64,000 nt of DNA, from positions 1,664,001 to 1,728,000 of the forward strand of contig CBDIID010000003.1 in NCBI GenBank assembly GCA_965279515.1, in the 5' to 3' direction. The notes below the pieces were generated by a model, which saw only the letters and a program-made list of their open reading frames with translations, had not been told where the DNA came from and made no database searches. This DNA comes from Turneriella sp. (GTDB taxonomy: Bacteria > Spirochaetota > Leptospiria > Turneriellales > Turneriellaceae). Positions 1 to 9,676 of this stretch are shown here, in pieces (positions within the stretch are counted from its first letter, which is position 1; every line of letters begins with the position of its first letter). Position numbers and translations under genes: made by a program.

Positions 1-481
1 TTGCCTCGGAGGCAATTTTTTCCGCGAGGCTATCAACCGAAGAGAAAATATTTCCGTCTACCTTAATAGCATAGTTAAGCCGCTTGGCCAGCCGGGCGTT
101 TTCGATATCGAGAATCAGCACTTCGATGAGAATCACCGAACCGATGCTGCTTTCACTTTTCTTGGAAAATCCGCCGCTCAGCACAATATCCTGCCCTGTG
201 AGGACTCCCAGCTGCAGTGCCACATTTTTATTGTGAAAATCTTCTGCGAACAGCAGGTAGCCGTCCTTGGCGCGTTTCGCAACGTCGGCCGGGTCGGGCT
301 CGAGAATTTCAAATTTCTGCTGAATCGCCTTGCGCACGCCATCGGTCAGCAAAGATTCGAGGTATTCATAATTCGGGTCATGGTCGAGATTACGAAAGTC
401 CAATATCAGCATTTTTTTCGCAGCGAAAATGCCGCCGGAAACCGGCAATAGCAGAACGATCGTAAGGACACATTTAAGCAT
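1..481 (-). CDS. Exported protein with TolB-N/CsgG-like domain (partial, runs off the left edge)
   Basis: Hand translation from ATG at 481 gives MLKCVLTIVLLLPVSGGIFAAKKMLILDFRNLDHDPNYEYLESLLTDGVRKAI...ALQLGVLTGQDIVLSGGF, open to position 1. It has a signal peptide and the 'lxFxNl...yeyL...l.d' pattern. Confidence 0.7.
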   Translation of the reverse strand, partial: MLKCVLTIVLLLPVSGGIFAAKKMLILDFRNLDHDPNYEYLESLLTDGVRKAIQQKFEILEPDPADVAKRAKDGYLLFAEDFHNKNVALQLGVLTGQDIVLSGGFSKKSESSIGSVILIEVLILDIENARLAKRLNYAIKVDGNIFSSVDSLAEKIASEA

Positions 482-665
482 ATAAGTCAGGATGCGCGGC
501 CTGCAAGCTCCGCTGATACCTTATATACGAGGGTTTACCGCCGTTGATGCCAATATTCCCGCGCCGTGGTAATCCCCCCGAACTTAGACGTGACGGTGTG
601 TTTCGATTCTTCAGCCATGCTCAATGTATAGAGGACTGCGCATCCCGTCGCCCGTTCATTTTTTT

Positions 666-1346
666 ATGAAAGCAGGCAAGAATCTGCCTGTTTTACGGCT
701 CTGCCTGCTGGTGGCGGTAGTCGCTGCCGGCAACCTTTGGTCGGTCGGCGCCTCGATCGATCTGCCGGGAAAAACCGCGGAACAGGCCACGGAAGTTGCT
801 AAAAAGGCATTGCAACGCCTCAACACTACCTGCACCGAAAAAGAAGAAACCATGGGCGCGCACTGGCGCTGCAAGACACCTTTTTATTCGATCGTATCCC
901 TCGATGTCTTTGTCTCGACGATTCCCGATAAGGCGATCGTCCGCGCCGATTCGCGCGGCCGGCAAGGTTATGCCTTTATCGATCTTGTTGCCCAGGACGC
1001 GGGCCAGGGCCCCTTTGACCAAAAGTACGGTGAAAAATCCATGCTGCTGACCGTAGGCGCCACGATGGTTTCTCCGGCATTCGGTTACTGGTATATCAAT
1101 TCGGGTTCCATGATTAAAAGCAAATCGATCTTTCTCCCCTTTCTCGGCATGCTATTCGGCGACCTGGCGTTGTTCTGGGTCAGTTCAAAAACATTCTTCA
1201 CGAACGGTTTCGATCCGTTCGGCGACGGCCTGGCGCCGATGCTGGTTTCGATGGGCGCCTACCGCGCGGTGATGCTGGTGCCGTTTTCAATGCAGATTCT
1301 GGCGCACAACCGCTTCGCCGGATTGCAGATCACATACCGATACTGA
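666..1346 (+). CDS. Hypothetical exported/membrane protein
   Basis: ORF 624..1346, likely start MKAGKNL at 666. Signal peptide and hydrophobic C-terminal half, ending LQITYRY. Confidence 0.65.
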   Translation: MKAGKNLPVLRLCLLVAVVAAGNLWSVGASIDLPGKTAEQATEVAKKALQRLNTTCTEKEETMGAHWRCKTPFYSIVSLDVFVSTIPDKAIVRADSRGRQGYAFIDLVAQDAGQGPFDQKYGEKSMLLTVGATMVSPAFGYWYINSGSMIKSKSIFLPFLGMLFGDLALFWVSSKTFFTNGFDPFGDGLAPMLVSMGAYRAVMLVPFSMQILAHNRFAGLQITYRY

Positions 1347-1379
1347 ATTACCTGCGGTGAGTAGCAGGCGTATCGAACC

Positions 1380-2225
1380 GTGATCCAGGCTCTGCCGCTC
1401 TTCAAAGCGCTGGTCGAGCCTGTACGCATCCGCATTTACCTGCTGCTTAAAAAATCGTCGCTGACAGTTTCAGAACTTTCAGAAATTCTCGACCTTTCAC
1501 AGTCGAATACCAGCCACCACATCAAGGCGCTGCGCGATTTGGGATTACTCTCCGCGGAAAAAACCGGGCAACATACCTACTACCGCCTCGACACAGAGGA
1601 ACTCGCCGGCGAGCGCACACAAAAACTGCTGGCGACGCTGGGCGAACTCGGCGCAGAAATTCCCGAAACGAAGAGTGATTCGACAAAACTGAGAAGTGTG
1701 CTCGCGGCGCGCAGCGAAGATACCTTTGCGCAGTGGCGTCTCGAGCAGCCCGACCTGCCCTACTCCGATGTATTCGCGCACCTCGCCGCGGGGCGCCAGG
1801 GTACCGTGCTTGATATCGGCTGCGGGGAAGGCGATTTTTTTGAGCCGCTCAGCCTCGCCTATGAAAAGGTGATCGGCATCGATATCGATGCCGGCCACAC
1901 ACGCCGGGCTGCGGCGCGCGGGGGAGTGGTGTTGAGGGCCGATGCGCAAAATATACCGATTTGCAATGATTGTTTTGACGGCGTCGTCATGCGTATGGCG
2001 CTGTCGCAGATTCCCGATCCGATTGCCGCGCTCGACGAGGCTGTGCGCGTACTGAAACCCGGCGGCTTCATCAGCGTCATCGACGGCGAAAAAAAATCGG
2101 GGGATGCCTTCCAGCGGAAAATTATGGCACACTGGAAAGAGCGCGGCGCACTGCGTATCGATTTCGAACGTTCGCTGCCGCGGCTTTTCATGCTGCGCGC
2201 ACAGAAACGCTCAACGGGTCAGTGA
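1380..2225 (+). CDS. ArsR/SmtB HTH regulator fused to a class I SAM-dependent methyltransferase domain (SahR-like architecture)
   Basis: N-terminal FKALVEPVRIRIYLLL...VSELSEILDLSQSNTSHHIKAL; C-terminal VLDIGCGEG and VLKPGG motifs. Confidence 0.9.
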   Translation: MIQALPLFKALVEPVRIRIYLLLKKSSLTVSELSEILDLSQSNTSHHIKALRDLGLLSAEKTGQHTYYRLDTEELAGERTQKLLATLGELGAEIPETKSDSTKLRSVLAARSEDTFAQWRLEQPDLPYSDVFAHLAAGRQGTVLDIGCGEGDFFEPLSLAYEKVIGIDIDAGHTRRAAARGGVVLRADAQNIPICNDCFDGVVMRMALSQIPDPIAALDEAVRVLKPGGFISVIDGEKKSGDAFQRKIMAHWKERGALRIDFERSLPRLFMLRAQKRSTGQ

Positions 2226-2507
2226 AGCGTTGATGATCAGATCTGTATCTTCCCAGGCATTTTGTGTTTCTGTCACAATCGCTGTCGCCGATGTTTCGCT
2301 GAGCCCGGCATAAGTTTCTGCCCTTGTACCGCTGCGCGAGAACCAGAGCGTGCCCGCAGCTATGACGGCGACAGCCGCCGCGGCCCAGGGCGCATAGTGC
2401 TGCCGCGAAGCCGCACGCCGCAGCACTGCCGCGGTGGTTCTACGCGAGAAATCCTCATCGCCCAGCAACCGCTCGACTTCATGTTGATTATTTTTTTCCG
2501 TGCTCAT
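2211..2507 (-). CDS. Small single-TM protein, putative anti-sigma factor
   Basis: Overlaps the 3' end of the ECF sigma gene; one TM segment (WAAAAVAVIAAGTLWF). Confidence 0.6.
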   Translation of the reverse strand: MSTEKNNQHEVERLLGDEDFSRRTTAAVLRRAASRQHYAPWAAAAVAVIAAGTLWFSRSGTRAETYAGLSETSATAIVTETQNAWEDTDLIINASLTR

Positions 2508-3015
2508 GGCGCCCTCCTCTGTTGTTTTGCCTATTGCTTCTCGCCAGCCATTCTTTTCCCCGGGATAATCTTGACTTCACAGTTCCCGGCGCGATGCCCA
2601 GGTGCGAGGCAATTTCCGATACTTTCATGCCATTGCTGCGCAGCTGCACCGCTTCACGGAAAGGTTCGGGTATACCTGCAATCTGTAAATGCAGATTTTC
2701 AAGGCTTTCTTCATCAGGCATGTCGCCGGCTTTTTCGGGAAAGTTTTCTTTACGGCGAAAAATCGCAAACCACTCGCGGCGGGCTTTGCGGCCGGCCTTA
2801 TAGCTCTCATTGCGCGCGGCGACGAACAGCCATTTCTGCAGATCGTCACCCGTGAGCGGTTTTTTGTCCCTGAATGCGAGAAAATAGCGCAGGTAGGTTT
2901 CCTGCGCCACGTCTTCAATCTGACCGCCGGCATTTTCGGGAAGATACCTGCCGATCGCGCGCAGAACCGTTTGTTTGCTTGCCTCGATGCCCTGCGCGAG
3001 TTCGGCCTCGGTCAT
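2488..3015 (-). CDS. ECF sigma-70 factor
   Basis: Region 2 (IEDVAQETYLRY...KWLFVAARN) and region 4 (EIASHLGIAPGTVKSRLSRG). Confidence 0.92.
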   Translation of the reverse strand: MTEAELAQGIEASKQTVLRAIGRYLPENAGGQIEDVAQETYLRYFLAFRDKKPLTGDDLQKWLFVAARNESYKAGRKARREWFAIFRRKENFPEKAGDMPDEESLENLHLQIAGIPEPFREAVQLRSNGMKVSEIASHLGIAPGTVKSRLSRGKEWLARSNRQNNRGGRHEHGKK

Positions 3016-3506
3016 TTTTCGTCCTGATCGTCTCCCGGGCGCGGTTTATCTTTACCGTGCTCCATTCTCTTCTTGTGCATCGTTTTGAGTTTCTTTTTCT
3101 GTTCGGGCGTCAGTAACGCTTCGAACTCCAGCCGGCCCTGGATGTCCTGCATCCGCATTTCGACATGGCCCTTACCGATCACCTCAAGCTGTCGGCGCAC
3201 GGCCCCCAGATCGACTTTATCTGCCTCAAGCAGTTTACGCAGCTCTTCGTGCAGCGGCTTCATTTTTTCACGCTGTGTCTTTTGCAACGCTTCGCGTGTC
3301 TCGTGGAGGGCCTTCGCCTTTTCCTGCTGTTCCTTTGTCAGGTTCAGCTCCCTGGTCATGCGTTCGAGGTGCTTTTTCGGATCGCCATGTCCTCTATGCG
3401 GCCCCGGCCCCATTCCCTCGCCGTGGTGGGCTGGCTTTTCCGCCCCTGCTGCGAATGTCGCAAGACTGAGGGCCAAAACCAGTAGAATTTTAATTTTTCG
3501 TTTCAT
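3012..3506 (-). CDS. Spy/CpxP-family periplasmic chaperone
   Basis: Signal peptide, His/Gly-rich N-terminus, two LTxxQ motifs (LNLTKEQQ, LLTPEQK), AGGAGG RBS. Confidence 0.88.
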   Translation of the reverse strand: MKRKIKILLVLALSLATFAAGAEKPAHHGEGMGPGPHRGHGDPKKHLERMTRELNLTKEQQEKAKALHETREALQKTQREKMKPLHEELRKLLEADKVDLGAVRRQLEVIGKGHVEMRMQDIQGRLEFEALLTPEQKKKLKTMHKKRMEHGKDKPRPGDDQDEK

Positions 3507-3530
3507 TGTTCCTCCTGAAGTATTTGCTAC

Positions 3531-3559
3531 TATAAACCCGCAGGAGCCAAAAGGTTCCC
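3531..3559 (-). promoter_or_regulatory. Putative ECF-type promoter of the spy-sigma-antisigma operon
   Basis: Minus strand reads GGAACC-N15-GTTTATA, upstream of the AGGAGG RBS. GGAAC is a typical ECF -35 element. Confidence 0.5.
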
Positions 3560-3564
3560 GTTTT

Positions 3565-3909
3565 TTAACGCGGCACGAGCGTGCGCAGGTATTCGATCAG
3601 GTTTTGCCGGTCTTGGGGAGAAATCATCACAAACGAACGATGCCGCGCATCGCCTTCGAGAAATGCCAGAAGTTCGGTAAAATTTTTGCGCACGCGGATT
3701 AATCCCACTTCTTGTTTCTCGCGTTTCTGTCGCAGAATGTGCGCCGCGAGATGGCAGTCGCTGCAATCGTGAGAGGCGTAAACTTCTTCACCCAGCGCCG
3801 CGGTTGTATCTGTCTGCGAGCGGCGGCTGAGCCAAACCAAAACCACGAGCGCGGCAATGAGCGTAGCGCCGAAAATCTGAAGAATCAGCCGTTTATTTTT
3901 GCCCGACAT
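3565..3909 (-). CDS. Membrane-anchored monoheme c-type cytochrome
   Basis: MSGKNKRL start, TM anchor, GEEVY..HDCSDCH (CxxCH), C-terminal helix DRQNLIEYLRTL. Confidence 0.8.
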   Translation of the reverse strand: MSGKNKRLILQIFGATLIAALVVLVWLSRRSQTDTTAALGEEVYASHDCSDCHLAAHILRQKREKQEVGLIRVRKNFTELLAFLEGDARHRSFVMISPQDRQNLIEYLRTLVPR

Positions 3910-5716
3910 ACCGCCGCTCGTTATCGAAGCGCCTGAGTACGGCGACAAATAAATTCCCGGAAGGGGTGGGCCGGCAGCGCGCAAAACCCGAGCGCTGGCG
4001 CGCGCGCGCCTGAATGCCCGCGAGCCCCTGCCCTTCGCCCAGGCGCTCACCGCTCCAGCGAAAAACCTTACCGTCGGAGAGAATGGCCATTCTCAGGCCA
4101 TAATGCCGCTTTTCAATGCGGATAACCATGCGCGAGGGCGCACCATGCCGCATGCAGTTGCCACTCCATTCCTGCAGGATGCGCAATGCATCGAGCAGAA
4201 GAAAGGCATTGGTTTGGGCGGCATCGAAATCGACGGCTGTTGTCAGCGTAAAATTATCCATGCCGCGCAGTATTTCAAGATAGGCTTCGAGTTCGTCACG
4301 GATGGTTGCGGCAGTCAGATCGCTGCGCAGCAGAAATATGATGTCGCGGATACGACTGCTCATGCTGCCGGATTTCTGCCCCAGCCAGAGCGCAATGTCA
4401 CCCGGCACGTCGGCGCGCGCGAGCTTCATCTGTATCTGGCCAAATTCAGAACCCAGCACATCGTGCAGATCGCGGGCCAGCACCTCACGCTCGACCGCGA
4501 GCTGTGCGCTGAACTGCCCGGCCTGTTTTTTGTAAAATCGTACACGGACACTCAATGCCACGGTAAAAAGCAGGTTTTCCGCAACCGAGCCAAACTTCAT
4601 CATGTGTGCCAGGTAGTCGTTATACGAAATTGCAAACAGACCCAGGATATGGAAGGAACTCAGTATCGCTGAAACCATAAAAAATACCCAGCCGAAAAAC
4701 ATGATCCATGCCGGTTGAAATCCGCCCAGCATGGCTTTGATCACGAAAAAAAGCGCCACAACACAATGAATTACCGTGATAATGAGATTCACCGGCATCA
4801 TGCGCCGGTATTCGACCATGAAATTCATGGCGACGGCGAGAATATCGGCGGCAATCAGCAGGCGCCAGATCAGCACCTGGTGGCGCCCTGCCGCGGCGCC
4901 TAAAAAATCGCGGTTGAAGAGCGCAAAGGGAATCAGCATCGCGGGAAAAAGCGCTGAGCGGAAAAACAGGTAAACCGGCGCGTCGGAATGCCCCGCCATC
5001 ATTTCCGGGATTCTCTCGAGCGTGAGAAAAACGCCGATGAACAGAACCAGGTAGGCGGAGTAATAGAGATTAATCTTTTCCTTCAGGCCAAAATAGATCG
5101 CAAGATTATAGATCAGAATCGTCGCCAGCGCGCCGAAAAACAATCCTGCGGACCACAGATAACGTTTCTCAGAGTCGAGAAAACGCTCGGCGCGCGCGGC
5201 AAAAACCGGGTAGCGGCGCGAACCGGGCGGCGTGGCATCGAGATAGATATGGCCCGCTTCCCTGACTGTGTCGAAAACAAACAGCGCATTGCGGTCGCGC
5301 CCGATGCGTTTGCCGTTTTCAACAGCACAGGGGGTACCCGAACGGCAAGCGGCGGGAACATAGAGCGCCAACGCATGGGGAAACAGCCCCTGGACCTGAA
5401 CAAATATTTTGCCCACGGACGGTGCGGCGCAGACAGGGAAACGCAGAATAAAATTTTCCGCGGTGTAACCAAAACTTGCAAACGGATCAGGAACGCGCAC
5501 GAACCCCTTTAGCTCGCCGGAAAGTATGGCAGCCGCAAGCAGCGGTTGCTTTTTTTCGCGATACTCCAGGACATTGCCGGCAAAAACCGCCGCATCCGGG
5601 GCCGCGAGATCGACACATTCTTCGGCGCCGATTTCGAAAACGGCGACAAAAAACAGCAGGGTCACGGTGACACAGAAACGCGCTGCAGGCACCGGATGTA
5701 ATTTCGCGGACTTCAT
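3893..5716 (-). CDS. 7TM-DISM sensor histidine kinase (HisKA_3/NarX type)
   Basis: Periplasmic DISM domain, seven TM helices, EREVLARDLHDVLG H-box, GQGLAGIQARA G-box. The start lies between 5716 and 5764. Confidence 0.88.
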   Translation of the reverse strand: MKSAKLHPVPAARFCVTVTLLFFVAVFEIGAEECVDLAAPDAAVFAGNVLEYREKKQPLLAAAILSGELKGFVRVPDPFASFGYTAENFILRFPVCAAPSVGKIFVQVQGLFPHALALYVPAACRSGTPCAVENGKRIGRDRNALFVFDTVREAGHIYLDATPPGSRRYPVFAARAERFLDSEKRYLWSAGLFFGALATILIYNLAIYFGLKEKINLYYSAYLVLFIGVFLTLERIPEMMAGHSDAPVYLFFRSALFPAMLIPFALFNRDFLGAAAGRHQVLIWRLLIAADILAVAMNFMVEYRRMMPVNLIITVIHCVVALFFVIKAMLGGFQPAWIMFFGWVFFMVSAILSSFHILGLFAISYNDYLAHMMKFGSVAENLLFTVALSVRVRFYKKQAGQFSAQLAVEREVLARDLHDVLGSEFGQIQMKLARADVPGDIALWLGQKSGSMSSRIRDIIFLLRSDLTAATIRDELEAYLEILRGMDNFTLTTAVDFDAAQTNAFLLLDALRILQEWSGNCMRHGAPSRMVIRIEKRHYGLRMAILSDGKVFRWSGERLGEGQGLAGIQARARQRSGFARCRPTPSGNLFVAVLRRFDNERRYVGQK

Positions 5717-5764
5717 AAGAAAGCAATCAAAATTGTTTTTGTTATTTTTGGCACACGATGCCAC

Positions 5765-6208
5765 GTGAGAGCGTACAAGCGTGAGATGATGCTAGTTTCT
5801 GCGGATAAACAGCTGACGATTTCAGAAAAGCACGAATGGATGATCTTTGTGCGCGAAACTGTCCAGGCACAGGCCAGGCAAATGCCGAACCTCGAACTTG
5901 CCCGGGCATGGCAGATGTTCGCTGACAGCCTGCATGCCGTTCATGCCGGTATCGGCAATCGCGACGGATTCATCAGCGTCTCTGACGTCGCCGACCTGAT
6001 CCAGGTCGCCTCTTCGGGGCTGAGATTTAACCGCGCCGGCATCGGCGAAAACCTGTTGTGGATGGAAATCGGCGGCGATGGCGAACTGGAAGTGACGTTT
6101 GAAGATAAATCCGTCAGCTGCTCAGCGGCACAGATGCTGGGTGCATTACGGCAGCTCATGCTGCAAATGCAGAAAAGACTGGCGGCGACGGCGATGCGGG
6201 CTCCCTAA
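5765..6208 (+). CDS. Hypothetical protein
   Basis: 147-aa ORF filling the gap; no recognised motif. Confidence 0.55.
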   Translation: MRAYKREMMLVSADKQLTISEKHEWMIFVRETVQAQARQMPNLELARAWQMFADSLHAVHAGIGNRDGFISVSDVADLIQVASSGLRFNRAGIGENLLWMEIGGDGELEVTFEDKSVSCSAAQMLGALRQLMLQMQKRLAATAMRAP

Positions 6209-6580
6209 GCCCGCGGAGAAGATTCTCGATTCATCTGATTTCACCGGGAGGCCGATTTTACTCAAAATGTTTTCGGTCCTAAGTTATTCGTGACCTCATT
6301 GGGAGCCTACAAAGTCATCGACGGATTAATTGATTCCGGCTTCGCCTGTGTGGGTATCCGAAATTTCTGGTGTGTGAACCAGATTTAAGGCATACCGTAA
6401 TTGACGGTTGCCAAGTCTTGCCTTGCGGTAATTGGAAAGCAGATTTTTTTGGGACTGTTTTTTTTCCCGCCAAGTACATTTCCCAAAGTCTGCCTTTTTA
6501 CGATAATAACATCTTTCTCATGAAATCAACCCAGCGCGAACTTTTTTGCATGGAACTTTATGGAATCCGTCATACAATGT

Positions 6581-6949
6581 ATGCTAATCAAAATACCGAG
6601 GCGATTTATCAGAATAAAAAAAATCTCCCTGATCTCAATATTCCTATATGCCATAGGCTGCGCCAATGATACCCCGTCTGTCGTCGGGGGCTGGTACAAC
6701 CACCTCGGTCAGTACGCGTGCTTTCGTACCGATCATCGTCTCGGCATCGGCGACCATGTCAAAGAAGCTTTGGCGGGAACATCTACATGGTTCGACGACA
6801 ATCGATTGAAATTTTCCGATGGCGTGACAGGTTCGTGGAACATCATCTCCGACGGCTCCCTCGAAATCCTCGCCGAAAACTGCCGAAAAGGCTGCGATGA
6901 AAACCCGATGAAATTTCAACGGAATAACTCTTTTGGCTGTCCCGAGTGA
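6581..6949 (+). CDS. Small lipoprotein
   Basis: Basic N-terminus, hydrophobic core and lipobox YAIGC; VVGGWY beta-strand motif. The stop overlaps the sigma GTG start. The start could be 6560. Confidence 0.7.
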   Translation: MLIKIPRRFIRIKKISLISIFLYAIGCANDTPSVVGGWYNHLGQYACFRTDHRLGIGDHVKEALAGTSTWFDDNRLKFSDGVTGSWNIISDGSLEILAENCRKGCDENPMKFQRNNSFGCPE

Positions 6950-7518
6950 TGGCGATGACTCCCGTCAGTATCGCATTAACAGGCGGAGACCTGCAAAACC
7001 TGCGACACAATGAGCCGAATGCGGATGCAAAAATCTGCGCATACTATCGGGCTTTTTTCCATGAGATCTATGTTTTTGTCCATCGCTACAGCCATGACGA
7101 TGAAGAAGCACAAGACCTCGCGCAGGATGTATTTGCAAAAGCTCTAAAATACCTGCGCAGGGCAAACGACGAAATATCAAATCCACGCGCGTGGCTTTAC
7201 CGGATCGCAAGAACCCACTGCATCGACCGTGTTTTCCGAAAGAAGAAAATTACCGCGACCGAACTGAAGCCTGACCTCGTCGCCGCGGCAAGTTCAAATG
7301 GTTCTTTCGAGGATTCTATTCTCGACCAGGCTATGGTAGACTCGGTGCTCGAATGGGTTTCTGAAAACAGCTCAGAAACGGAACAACAGATATTTGAGCT
7401 TAAAATTATCCGCGGGTTATCACAGGCCGAGATCGGCGAAATCATGCATTGCCATGCTTCGACTATTTCACGAATTCTAAACGGCATGACCGAACAGATC
7501 GTACGGAGATTCGCATGA
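6946..7518 (+). CDS. ECF sigma-70 factor (FecI-like context)
   Basis: EAQDLAQDVFAKA, RAWLYRIARTHCID and GLSQAEIGEIMHCHASTISR motifs. Confidence 0.92.
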   Translation: MMAMTPVSIALTGGDLQNLRHNEPNADAKICAYYRAFFHEIYVFVHRYSHDDEEAQDLAQDVFAKALKYLRRANDEISNPRAWLYRIARTHCIDRVFRKKKITATELKPDLVAAASSNGSFEDSILDQAMVDSVLEWVSENSSETEQQIFELKIIRGLSQAEIGEIMHCHASTISRILNGMTEQIVRRFA

Positions 7519-8618
7519 ACTACCAGCAAATAAACATACTCCATCAACTCAAACAACTGAGTTCCGACCGGGGATCGTCGGATATTGATCTTCTGAGGGA
7601 TCGCTGGCATGATCGGTATCTTGAGTTTTGGAAAATCCGGGAGACTCCTGTAGACTTAAATGACCAGGCTATCGTGGCGAAACTTGGGGCAGATTCCCAG
7701 CCCGCATCTCTAAAACCCGACAGGGAGAGCTTCAAGGGCAAGATAAACGGTTCTTATTTCTTTGGGTGGCCTGCGGCTGCCATATTGCTGATCACCTTAT
7801 CAGCCCAACTACTCAACCGACTGGGATCCGGATTTTTTCAGCCCGCAACACGGCAGGTGCAGCTTTCCAAGGAAACAGCTGCCGTCACTGCTGGTCTATT
7901 TTACGGCGAAATTAACCGCACCACGAAAATGATCCGAACGAATTATGACACATTAAAGCTGGGGAAAGACAGCATCGATACAGATCTTGCGACAAAAATC
8001 CAAACGACATCCGCCGACCTGAGATTTGAACTCTTCAGGGATGGCATCGGTATTCGCCTTATTCACGGCGAAGTGCTCTTTAATTTTTCTCCGGGCGCCC
8101 CGACTCAGCGCTATATCATCTTCCCCGGTGATGAAATCGTCACGATTACCGGTACAGAGGTCTATGCAAGAATCGATGCGACGACCAGGCAGGTCTACCT
8201 GCGCCACGGCAGCGCCAGGCTGGAATCGCCCCACCGGGGAACGACAACACTCAGAACCGGCAAAGTGTATATGTTGGGTACCTCGCTGACCCGGCAAATG
8301 AGCGAGGAAACGGATAATGAAATTCTCAGGCACTTCGGGCTGGCAGCACCTTTAAAACGAAAACTCCCGGTTGCCCGCAAGGCAAAAAAGCGTGAAGAGA
8401 TTTCGTACGATTCCTGGATCGAAAGCGTTGAAGACGGCACCGATGCACAACTCAAAAGTCTGTTCCTGGAATTCAGGCACGTCTATAAGGTTTTCCTGCC
8501 AGAACGCAAAGTCGTGTATCTGGGGCAGGATAAAAATGAATCCGCGTTTTTTTTCACATCAGAGTATCAAATCCGGATTCCCGAAGATGTCCTGCACACA
8601 AAGGTGAGGTTGAAATAA
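7515..8618 (+). CDS. FecR-domain anti-sigma factor
   Basis: ATGA overlap with the sigma gene; one TM (WPAAAILLITL); FecR-like IRLIHGEVLF...VTITGTEV...VYLRHGSARL. Confidence 0.8.
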   Translation: MNYQQINILHQLKQLSSDRGSSDIDLLRDRWHDRYLEFWKIRETPVDLNDQAIVAKLGADSQPASLKPDRESFKGKINGSYFFGWPAAAILLITLSAQLLNRLGSGFFQPATRQVQLSKETAAVTAGLFYGEINRTTKMIRTNYDTLKLGKDSIDTDLATKIQTTSADLRFELFRDGIGIRLIHGEVLFNFSPGAPTQRYIIFPGDEIVTITGTEVYARIDATTRQVYLRHGSARLESPHRGTTTLRTGKVYMLGTSLTRQMSEETDNEILRHFGLAAPLKRKLPVARKAKKREEISYDSWIESVEDGTDAQLKSLFLEFRHVYKVFLPERKVVYLGQDKNESAFFFTSEYQIRIPEDVLHTKVRLK

Positions 8619-8622
8619 ATTT

Positions 8623-9666
8623 ATGAAACATATTTTTGCACCACATGATAAATTCTTCCTGCTATCGCTGTTTTTCACTCTTCAAGGCCCGCAACTTTCC
8701 GCCAGTGAGAGTAAAATTATTTCAGTAGCGGTTGAAGCCCCTGACCTGATAGAAATCCCCACTGAGCTAAAATACCTGGGGGTAAGCCTGGCAAAAAATC
8801 TGTGTGCCGGAATCGTCAAGGAAGAAATATTCATGCTCACCGGTTGCGGCGTCAAAAGAGAATCCAGGGTCGGCGTTTTCACGGTCGTCAGTTCCATCCG
8901 CGCCGAAGCGCAGCAATTGCTCTTTGAAACTTCGATACGGAATGAAAAAGGAACAGAGCTCGCGTCAACGAAGACACACTCCGGATCGGAGCGATACCAC
9001 GGACTGACCCTTGAATCGCACAGCCAAAAGGTGCTCAGTTACCTGAGAAATTTTGAGACATCCGAAAAACCAACGCAGGCAAAGGCTGTCAGCGAGATAA
9101 CTAAACCGGTTTCTAATGGCGATCAAAAGCATGATGGATTTTATTTCAATACCACCGCCGGTCTCGGCTGGATGAAAATCGACAGCGGCATTGAAGGACT
9201 CCCCGCTATATTGGGGATTAAATTGGGCGCCGCCGTTTCGGAACATTTCGTCCTGTTCGGGGCCGTCGACTATGGCTGGCTACAAAACCCCAAAATTGAC
9301 GCTTCAGTTCTGGTTTGTGCCAACAATAGCTGTAAAACTCAGAAAATTTCCGGAAACATGGATGGCCATATCGGTCACTTAAGCAGTAGCGCAGGGTTTA
9401 CCTATTATTCAGATGCGAATTATTTAATCCAGTTTTCAATTGGTCTGGCTGGTCTTATGAATAACTTCAGTGCCACCGGATATAATTCGAAGCTATTACC
9501 CGATGTTAGTACAATATTCAATCTGGCTATTGGCAAAGAATGGTGGGTCAGCAAAGAATGGGGAGTAGGAATCGCCATTCTCGGTCTTTTGGCGCCAGGA
9601 TTTACAACGGGAACATCCGTTGCGTATTCTTTCGTGGGCATCGGCGTCACGGCAACTTATAACTGA
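8623..9666 (+). CDS. Outer-membrane beta-barrel protein with N-terminal periplasmic domain (paralog 1)
   Basis: Signal peptide; barrel HDGFYFNTTAGLGW...IGKEWWVSKEWGVGIA...GVTATYN. Confidence 0.75.
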   Translation: MKHIFAPHDKFFLLSLFFTLQGPQLSASESKIISVAVEAPDLIEIPTELKYLGVSLAKNLCAGIVKEEIFMLTGCGVKRESRVGVFTVVSSIRAEAQQLLFETSIRNEKGTELASTKTHSGSERYHGLTLESHSQKVLSYLRNFETSEKPTQAKAVSEITKPVSNGDQKHDGFYFNTTAGLGWMKIDSGIEGLPAILGIKLGAAVSEHFVLFGAVDYGWLQNPKIDASVLVCANNSCKTQKISGNMDGHIGHLSSSAGFTYYSDANYLIQFSIGLAGLMNNFSATGYNSKLLPDVSTIFNLAIGKEWWVSKEWGVGIAILGLLAPGFTTGTSVAYSFVGIGVTATYN

Positions 9667-9676
9667 GAGATCATTG

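Noticed and set aside
555..625. tRNA-like sequence (gtttcgattc resembles a T-loop)
   Set aside because: No acceptor, D or anticodon stems could be formed.
6209..6560. att site or IS end at the left edge of the ECF/FecR island; ORF 6370..6669
   Set aside because: I found no direct or inverted repeat matching the right edge (~12850-13050). The ORF overlaps the lipoprotein gene and lacks motifs.
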